In this document: one piece after another, positions 21,467 through 26,904 of the stretch | Layout of the letters: each line of letters starts with the position of its first letter | Position numbering within the stretch: position 1 is the stretch's first letter | Assembly (NCBI RefSeq): GCF_964019745.1 | Contig: NZ_OZ026462.1 | Span: 90,001-122,000, forward strand | DNA length: 32,000 nucleotides | Source: Candidatus Saccharimonadota bacterium | GTDB lineage: Bacteria > Pseudomonadota > Gammaproteobacteria > Burkholderiales > Burkholderiaceae | Direction of reading: 5' to 3' | The notes under the pieces: generated by a model | Database searches by the model: none | What the model was told of the DNA's origin: nothing | The model's input: the letters and a program-made list of their open reading frames with translations, nothing else | Translations under genes and position numbers: made by a program

Positions 21467-21501
21467 AAAATATAATTTTATTAATAATAAAATTATATTT
21501 T
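21467..21501. repeat. 35-bp perfect palindrome (17-bp arms, 1-nt centre)
   Basis: AAAATATAATTTTATTA-A-TAATAAAATTATATTTT. The arms were verified base by base as reverse complements. Confidence 0.9.
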
Positions 21502-21830
21502 ATTTATAACATAAATATTATTATAAATAATATAAAAAATTAATAAAAAATTAATTATTAATAATATATTTTAAAAATATTAAAAATATTAAAAATTAAT
21601 ATTAATTAATAAAATAATAATTAATTTATATTTAAATAATATTTTTTATATTAATAAAAATTTATATTAATTAACATAAATTAATTATTAATATTAAATT
21701 ATTATTTTTTTTAAATATTAATATTAAACATTAATATCAAATTAATATTAATTTAAAAAATTAAAGATATAAAATTTTAAATTTTAAATTTATAAAAAAT
21801 AAATTTTAATTTAAATTAAATAAAAATATT

Positions 21831-21920
21831 ATTAAATATTATTAAATATTATTAAATATTATTAAATATTATTAAATATTATTAAATATTATTAAATATT
21901 ATTAAATATTATTAAATATT
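21831..21920. repeat. perfect tandem decanucleotide array (ATTAAATATT)x9
   Basis: Counted directly: 9 uninterrupted 10-bp units. Confidence 0.95.
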
Positions 21921-22183
21921 TTATCATAATAATATTATTTTATAATAATAAAATTAAAAAAATATAATATATATTTTTAATAAAAAATAATATTTATATT
22001 ATTTTTAATTTAAAAATATTTTTTATATATAAAAAAATTAAGAATATATAATATATATTTTATATATTTTATATAATAATAATAAAAAATAAGTAAATTA
22101 AATTAATAATTTTTATTTTAAAATTAATTAAAAAAATAAAAATTTATAAAAAATAAATAAATATTAATTAATTCTTATACTTT

Positions 22184-22188
22184 AAGGA
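22184..22188 (+). promoter_or_regulatory. Shine-Dalgarno AAGGA for the apaH-like gene
   Basis: TTTAAGGAATAAA-ATG, with 5-nt spacing. It contains two of the dozen G/C bases in the whole upstream spacer. Confidence 0.5.
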
Positions 22189-22193
22189 ATAAA

Positions 22194-22976
22194 ATGTCAA
22201 CTATAATTATAAGTGATATATATGGAAATTATAAAAAATTTATAAAATTTAAAAAAACAATTAAAAAATATAATAAATATTTATTTATTGGAAATATTAT
22301 AAATAATAAATATGAATCATTAAAAATAATAAAAAATATTATTTCTATGAAAAATAATGTTAAAATTATTTTAGGTAATAATGAATTACATTTATTAGCT
22401 ATTTTTTATGGAGCAAGTCCTTTTATAAAAAAGGATGTTTTAAATAATATTTATAATTCTAAAGAAAAAGATAAAATTATAGATTGGTTAAAAAATCAAA
22501 CATTAGCAATGTATTATAAAAATTTTTTAATTGTACATGCAGGAGTATTACCACAATGGGATTTACAAAAAACATTAAATTTAGCAAAAGAAATTAAAGA
22601 TATTTTAAATAGTAATAAATGTTTTAATTTTTTAAAATATATTTATAATAATTATAATAAAAAAAATATTATCTGGAATGATAATTTATCAGGATATAAT
22701 AGATTATTATGTATAAATAATGCATTAACTAGAATTAGATATTGTAATTCAAAAGGACTAATAAATTTTAAAAAAAAAAAAAATAAAAAAAAAATAATAC
22801 CATGGTTTAAAATTTCTTGGAGAAAAACTAAAGATATTAATATATTATTTGGACATTGGTCAAATTTTAAATTAATAAAAACAAAAAATATTTTTTGTAT
22901 TAATAATGGTTGTGCTTGGGGAGGAAAATTAACAACAATAAAAATTAAAAATCAAAAAATTATAAAAATTTTTTAA
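22194..22976 (+). CDS. apaH: ApaH-family (symmetrical diadenosine tetraphosphatase) metallophosphoesterase homologue with substituted active-site motifs
   Basis: Collinear with remembered E. coli ApaH: LGNNELHLLAI (LGNHDLHLLAV), VHAGVLPQWDL (AHAGITPQWDL), ALTRIRYC (AFTRMRFC), PWF, FGHWS, GCAWGG. Motif I is SDIYG, not GDVHG. Motif II is GN, not GD. Motif III is GNNE, not GNHD. Confidence 0.8.
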   Translation: MSTIIISDIYGNYKKFIKFKKTIKKYNKYLFIGNIINNKYESLKIIKNIISMKNNVKIILGNNELHLLAIFYGASPFIKKDVLNNIYNSKEKDKIIDWLKNQTLAMYYKNFLIVHAGVLPQWDLQKTLNLAKEIKDILNSNKCFNFLKYIYNNYNKKNIIWNDNLSGYNRLLCINNALTRIRYCNSKGLINFKKKKNKKKIIPWFKISWRKTKDINILFGHWSNFKLIKTKNIFCINNGCAWGGKLTTIKIKNQKIIKIF

Positions 22977-22987
22977 AAATATAAAAA

Positions 22988-23221
22988 TTACTCTTCAAAA
23001 AAAAATTTTTCCATTGTTTTATATAAAAATTTTCTATCTTTAATTTTAAATAAATTTAAACATTTTTCATTAATCAAAATAGTTTGATGTTTTAACCAAA
23101 GTTTCCAAATCTTTTTAGAAATATTAAAATATATACGTTCTCCTAACGAACCATAAAATGGTAAATATTTTAAACCATTAGTTTTTTTTTTTAACTTTAA
23201 ACAAAAAATTAAATTAGACAT
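22988..23221 (-). CDS. yggX: YggX-family Fe(2+)-trafficking / oxidative-damage protection protein
   Basis: MSNLIFCLKLKKK..G ... YGSLGERIYFNISKKIWKLWLKHQTILINEKCLNL parallels E. coli YggX (TIFCTFL...[35 protein letters not shown]). Confidence 0.85.
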   Translation of the reverse strand: MSNLIFCLKLKKKTNGLKYLPFYGSLGERIYFNISKKIWKLWLKHQTILINEKCLNLFKIKDRKFLYKTMEKFFFEE

Positions 23222-23335
23222 TTATAAAATTTTTAATATAAAAATATATTTATTATATATAATAATAAATATATTATAATTAATATATTTTAAAAAAATA
23301 AATAAATAAAAATACTTTTATATATAAAATATTTA

Positions 23336-23390
23336 TGTTATATTATATTATATTATATTATGTTATGTTATGTTATGTTATGTTATGTTA
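23336..23390. repeat. two-phase pentanucleotide microsatellite: TGTTA, (TATTA)x4, (TGTTA)x6
   Basis: Counted directly: 11 contiguous 5-bp units. It lies between the yggX start and the tRNA-His 3' end. Confidence 0.9.
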
Positions 23391-23427
23391 AATAAATATA
23401 ATAATAAATATATATTATACTTATAAG

Positions 23428-23501
23428 GGTGATTGACGGGGGTTGAACCCGCAACAATAGGAACCACAATCCTAGACTCTACCAATTGAGCTACAATCAC
23501 C
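23428..23501 (-). tRNA. tRNA-His (anticodon GTG) with genome-encoded G-1 opposite C73; no encoded CCA
   Basis: The minus strand, G-GTGATTG-TA-GCTC-AATTGGTA-GAGT-C-TAGGA-TTGTGGT-TCCTA-TTGTT-GCGGG-TTCAACC-CCCGT-CAATCAC-C, folds into a full cloverleaf. It is a local G+C island. Confidence 0.93.
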
Positions 23502-23512
23502 ATATATAAAAA

Positions 23513-24139
23513 TTATTTATTTTTACTTATATTTAATATATAATTATAAGATAATTTATCACAATAAGCAATAGATATAGCAGATAACAAAAAAACTAAA
23601 TGAATAAAAGTTTGAAATATTAAAGTTTTTAATTCACAAACATTAGCATTTATAAATGTTTTTAATAAATTTATAGAAGAAATACCAATAATAGCAGTTG
23701 CTAATTTAATTTTTAAAACAGAAGCATTAACATTAGAAAGCCATCCAGGTTGGTCTGGATGATTCTCAAGTTTCATTCTTGAAATAAATGTCTCATATCC
23801 ACCAATAATAACCATAATTAGTAAGTTAGAAATCATTACAATATCTATTAACGATAAAATAACTAACATAATTGTTTGTTCATTTAAATATTTAAAATTT
23901 AATAAATTTTCAGAAGTAGATACTAAACTTGCAATATGTCTTAAAGATTTAATATTACCAAAAGAAGCTTTAATAAGATCAAATAATTCAATCCAAAAAT
24001 AATAAACATATATACATTGTGATATAATTAATCCTATATATAATGGTAACTGTAACCATCTACTCATAAATATAAAATTTGGTAAAATATCAATTCTTTT
24101 TTTTATAAAATTTATTTTTTTAAAATTTAAAAAAAACAT
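23513..24139 (-). CDS. yqhA: UPF0114 / YqhA-family inner-membrane protein
   Basis: SRWLQLPLYIGLI ... IMLVILSLIDIVMISNLLIMVIIGGYETFIS ... VLKIKLATAIIGISSINLLKTF parallels E. coli YqhA (ASRWLLAPVYFGL ... [26 protein letters not shown] ... [22 protein letters not shown]). An alternative ATG at 24067 (MSRWLQ) is possible. Confidence 0.8.
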   Translation of the reverse strand: MFFLNFKKINFIKKRIDILPNFIFMSRWLQLPLYIGLIISQCIYVYYFWIELFDLIKASFGNIKSLRHIASLVSTSENLLNFKYLNEQTIMLVILSLIDIVMISNLLIMVIIGGYETFISRMKLENHPDQPGWLSNVNASVLKIKLATAIIGISSINLLKTFINANVCELKTLIFQTFIHLVFLLSAISIAYCDKLSYNYILNISKNK

Positions 24140-24201
24140 TTAAATTTATTAAAAAAAAGTATAAAATATTATAATTAATATAAAAAATATTATATATAAT
24201 A

Positions 24202-24292
24202 AGAGAGATGGATGAGTGGTTAAAATCACATATCTAGAAAATATGTATAAGTTTTAAAAAACTTATCGAGGGTTCGAATCCCTCTCTCTCTA
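24202..24292 (+). tRNA. class II (long variable arm) tRNA, tRNA-Ser-like architecture, anticodon loop CTAGAAA, so anticodon AGA (Ser, A34)
   Basis: AGAGAGA-TG-GATGAGTGGTTAAAATCA-CATAT-CTAGAAA-ATATG-T-ATAAGTT-TTAAAA-AACTTAT-C-GAGGG-TTCGAAT-CCCTC-TCTCTCT-A. Acceptor, anticodon, variable (7 bp) and T stems are all perfect. The D-arm layout is identical to E. coli tRNA-Ser. The anticodon sits at 24236-24238. Confidence 0.8.
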
Positions 24293-24335
24293 ATAATATT
24301 AATATTTTTAAAAAATAAAATGAATATTTTAAAAT

Positions 24336-26846
24336 ATGAATAAATATTTAAAAAAAATTTTAGATATATCATTAGAAAAAGAGATGAAAAAAAATTATCT
24401 TAATTATGCAATGAGTGTAATTATAGGAAGAGCTTTACCAGATGTTAGAGATGGTTTAAAACCTGTTCATAGAAGAATTTTATATGCAATGTATAAAATA
24501 AATAATATTTATAAAAAGCCTTTTATAAAATGTGCGAGAATTGTTGGAGAAGTTATGGGGAAATTTCATCCTCATGGAGATAATTCTATATATGAAGCTT
24601 TAGTACGTATGACACAAAATTTTTCTTTAAGATACACATTAATAGAAGGACAAGGAAATTTTGGTTCAATAGATGGTGATAATGCAGCTGCTATGCGTTA
24701 TACTGAATGTAGATTAAAAAAAATTTCAAATGAAATTTTAAAAGATATTGAAAAAAATACTGTAGATTTTATTTCTAATTATGATGGAAAAGAAAAAGAA
24801 CCTATAATTTTACCTTCAAAAATTCCAAATTTATTAATAAATGGATCATCAGGAATAGCAGTAGGATTAGCTACTAATATACCACCACATAATATTTTAG
24901 AAGTTATTAATGCTACAATATTTTTATTAAAAAATAAAAATTGCACAATAAAAGAATTAATAAAATTTATACCCGCTCCAGATTTACCAACAGGAGGGAT
25001 AATTTATGGATTATCAGGGATAAAAAAAGCATATAAAACTGGAAAGGGAAAAATGATAATAAAAGGTAAAGTTCATTTTGAAAAATATAATAATAATTTA
25101 AATACTGCAATTATTATTGATGAAATACCTTTTTTAGTAAATAAAAAAACATTAATAGAAAAAATAATAGAATTAGTACATAAAAAAAAAATTGAAGGGA
25201 TAAATAATATTAAAGATGAATCTAATAAATTAGGTATAAGAATAGTAATTGAATTAAAAGACAATAAATCACCTAAAACTATATTAAATATACTATATAA
25301 ATATACACAATTACAAGAAACATTTGGAATAAACTTTGTTGCTTTAGTAAAAAAAAAACCAAAATTATTAAATTTAAAACAAATATTAGAATATTTTCTT
25401 TTACATAGAAAAGAAATAATTATTAGAAAAACTAAATTTCAAATTAAAAAAATAAAAAAAAAAAAACATTTATTAAAAGGTTTAGCAATAGCTATTGATA
25501 ATATTAATAAATTTATTAAAATAATTACTTCTTTAAAAAATTTAAAAGATATAAAAAAAAAACTTTTAAAAAAAGTTTGGTTTTCTAAAATAATAGAAAA
25601 AATTAAAAAAAATAACAAAAATAATAAAAATATAACTTTAAAATTAACCAATAAACAAATTGAAAAAATTCTACAAATTAAATTACAAAATTTAACAAAA
25701 ATAGAAAAAAAAAAAATTTTTAAACAATATAAAAAAATAGAAAAAAAAATAATAATTTATAATAAAATATTATTTGATAAAAATACTTTAAAAGAAATTA
25801 TTTTTAAAGAATTAACAAAAATAAAAGAAAATTTTATTTTAAATAAAGAAAAAAGATTATCAATAATTGAAACACAAACTATAGAATTAATAAAAGAAGA
25901 TTTTATTTTTTTAGAAAATATAATTATAACTTTATCTTTTTTAGGTAATATAAAATATCAACCAATTTCTAATTATAAATTACAAAAAAAAGGTGGAAAG
26001 GGTAAAAAAATAATAACTAATTTAAAAAATGATTGGATAATACAATTATTGACAACAAATACTCATGATTATTTATTATGTTTTACAAATAAAGGAAAAT
26101 TATACTTATTAAAAATTTGGGAAATAACACAAAATAATGAAAATAATGAAAATAAATTAATAAATAACTTTTTTAAATTAAAAAAAAATGAAAAAATTAC
26201 AGCAATTTTTGCGTTATCAAAAGAAAATAAAACTTTTCCACAAAATAAATATATTTTTATGGCAACAAATTTAGGTAAAGTTAAAAGAACACCTTTATCA
26301 AATTTTATTAATATAAGAAAAAATGGAATTATTGCTATCGAATTAGATAAAAATGATTTTTTAATTAATATAGTATTAACAAATGGTAATAATGATATTA
26401 TGTTATTTTCTAGTTCTGGCAAATCTATAAAATTTAAAGAATCTGATATTAAATTAACTGGAAGATTTACTAAAGGTATAAATGGAATGAATTTAAAAAA
26501 AAATCAAACAATAATAGCTTTATTAGTAATTAAAAATGATAATCAAAATATTTTAACAGTAACTGAAAATGGTTTTGGTAAAAAAACTTCTGTAAAAGAA
26601 TATACAAAACATAAAAAAGGTACTAAAGGAATAATTACAATGAAAATAAATAAAAAAAATGGTAAAATTATAGGAGCTATTCCAGTAAAAGAAAAAGATG
26701 AAATAATACTAATAACTAATAAAGCTATAACTATTAGAATAAAAGTTTCTGAAATACCTATAATGAAAAGATTTACACAAGGAATAAAATTAATTTCTTT
26801 AAAAGAAAATAATAAATTATGCGGGATACAAAAAATTTTTAAATAA
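24336..26846 (+). CDS. gyrA: DNA gyrase subunit A
   Basis: YAMSVIIGRALPDVRDGLKPVHRRILYAM, HPHGDNSIYEALVRM, AAAMRYTECRL (active-site Tyr), GyrA-box-like KKGGKGKK. 836 aa. Confidence 0.98.
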   Translation: MNKYLKKILDISLEKEMKKNYLNYAMSVIIGRALPDVRDGLKPVHRRILYAMYKINNIYKKPFIKCARIVGEVMGKFHPHGDNSIYEALVRMTQNFSLRYTLIEGQGNFGSIDGDNAAAMRYTECRLKKISNEILKDIEKNTVDFISNYDGKEKEPIILPSKIPNLLINGSSGIAVGLATNIPPHNILEVINATIFLLKNKNCTIKELIKFIPAPDLPTGGIIYGLSGIKKAYKTGKGKMIIKGKVHFEKYNNNLNTAIIIDEIPFLVNKKTLIEKIIELVHKKKIEGINNIKDESNKLGIRIVIELKDNKSPKTILNILYKYTQLQETFGINFVALVKKKPKLLNLKQILEYFLLHRKEIIIRKTKFQIKKIKKKKHLLKGLAIAIDNINKFIKIITSLKNLKDIKKKLLKKVWFSKIIEKIKKNNKNNKNITLKLTNKQIEKILQIKLQNLTKIEKKKIFKQYKKIEKKIIIYNKILFDKNTLKEIIFKELTKIKENFILNKEKRLSIIETQTIELIKEDFIFLENIIITLSFLGNIKYQPISNYKLQKKGGKGKKIITNLKNDWIIQLLTTNTHDYLLCFTNKGKLYLLKIWEITQNNENNENKLINNFFKLKKNEKITAIFALSKENKTFPQNKYIFMATNLGKVKRTPLSNFINIRKNGIIAIELDKNDFLINIVLTNGNNDIMLFSSSGKSIKFKESDIKLTGRFTKGINGMNLKKNQTIIALLVIKNDNQNILTVTENGFGKKTSVKEYTKHKKGTKGIITMKINKKNGKIIGAIPVKEKDEIILITNKAITIRIKVSEIPIMKRFTQGIKLISLKENNKLCGIQKIFK

Positions 26847-26873
26847 AAATCACTTAATTTATTATAAATAAAT

Positions 26874-26891
26874 AATGAATTAAAATTCATT
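26874..26891. terminator. weak A/T hairpin between convergent gyrA and metE (possible bidirectional terminator)
   Basis: AATGAATT-AA-AATTCATT inverted repeat, flanked by T/A runs on both strands. The stem has only one G:C pair, so stability is low. Confidence 0.2.
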
Positions 26892-26904
26892 TAAAAATAA
26901 ATTT

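Noticed and set aside
21251-21920. Possible CRISPR-like interpretation of the repeat arrays
   Set aside because: The arrays are pure head-to-tail micro/minisatellites of 6-bp and 10-bp units with no unique spacers. No cas genes are nearby.
21921-21929. DnaA-box-like TTATCATAA right after the decamer array
   Set aside because: It has three mismatches to TTATCCACA in a sequence made only of A/T plus one C. It is indistinguishable from chance.
22194-24335. The mixed-strand cluster (apaH-like, yggX, tRNA-His, yqhA, tRNA) as a possible accessory island or novel system
   Set aside because: Every member is a recognisable housekeeping-type family found in free-living proteobacteria. There are no integrase, transposase or direct-repeat boundaries, and the composition matches the rest of the window.
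25073-26890. Four minus-strand ORFs (25073-25264, 25439-25651, 26069-26422, 26543-26890) antisense to gyrA
   Set aside because: All are F/I/L-rich low-complexity mirrors of the K/N/I-rich gyrA frame. They have no start context or homology. The last one merely runs a little past the gyrA stop.
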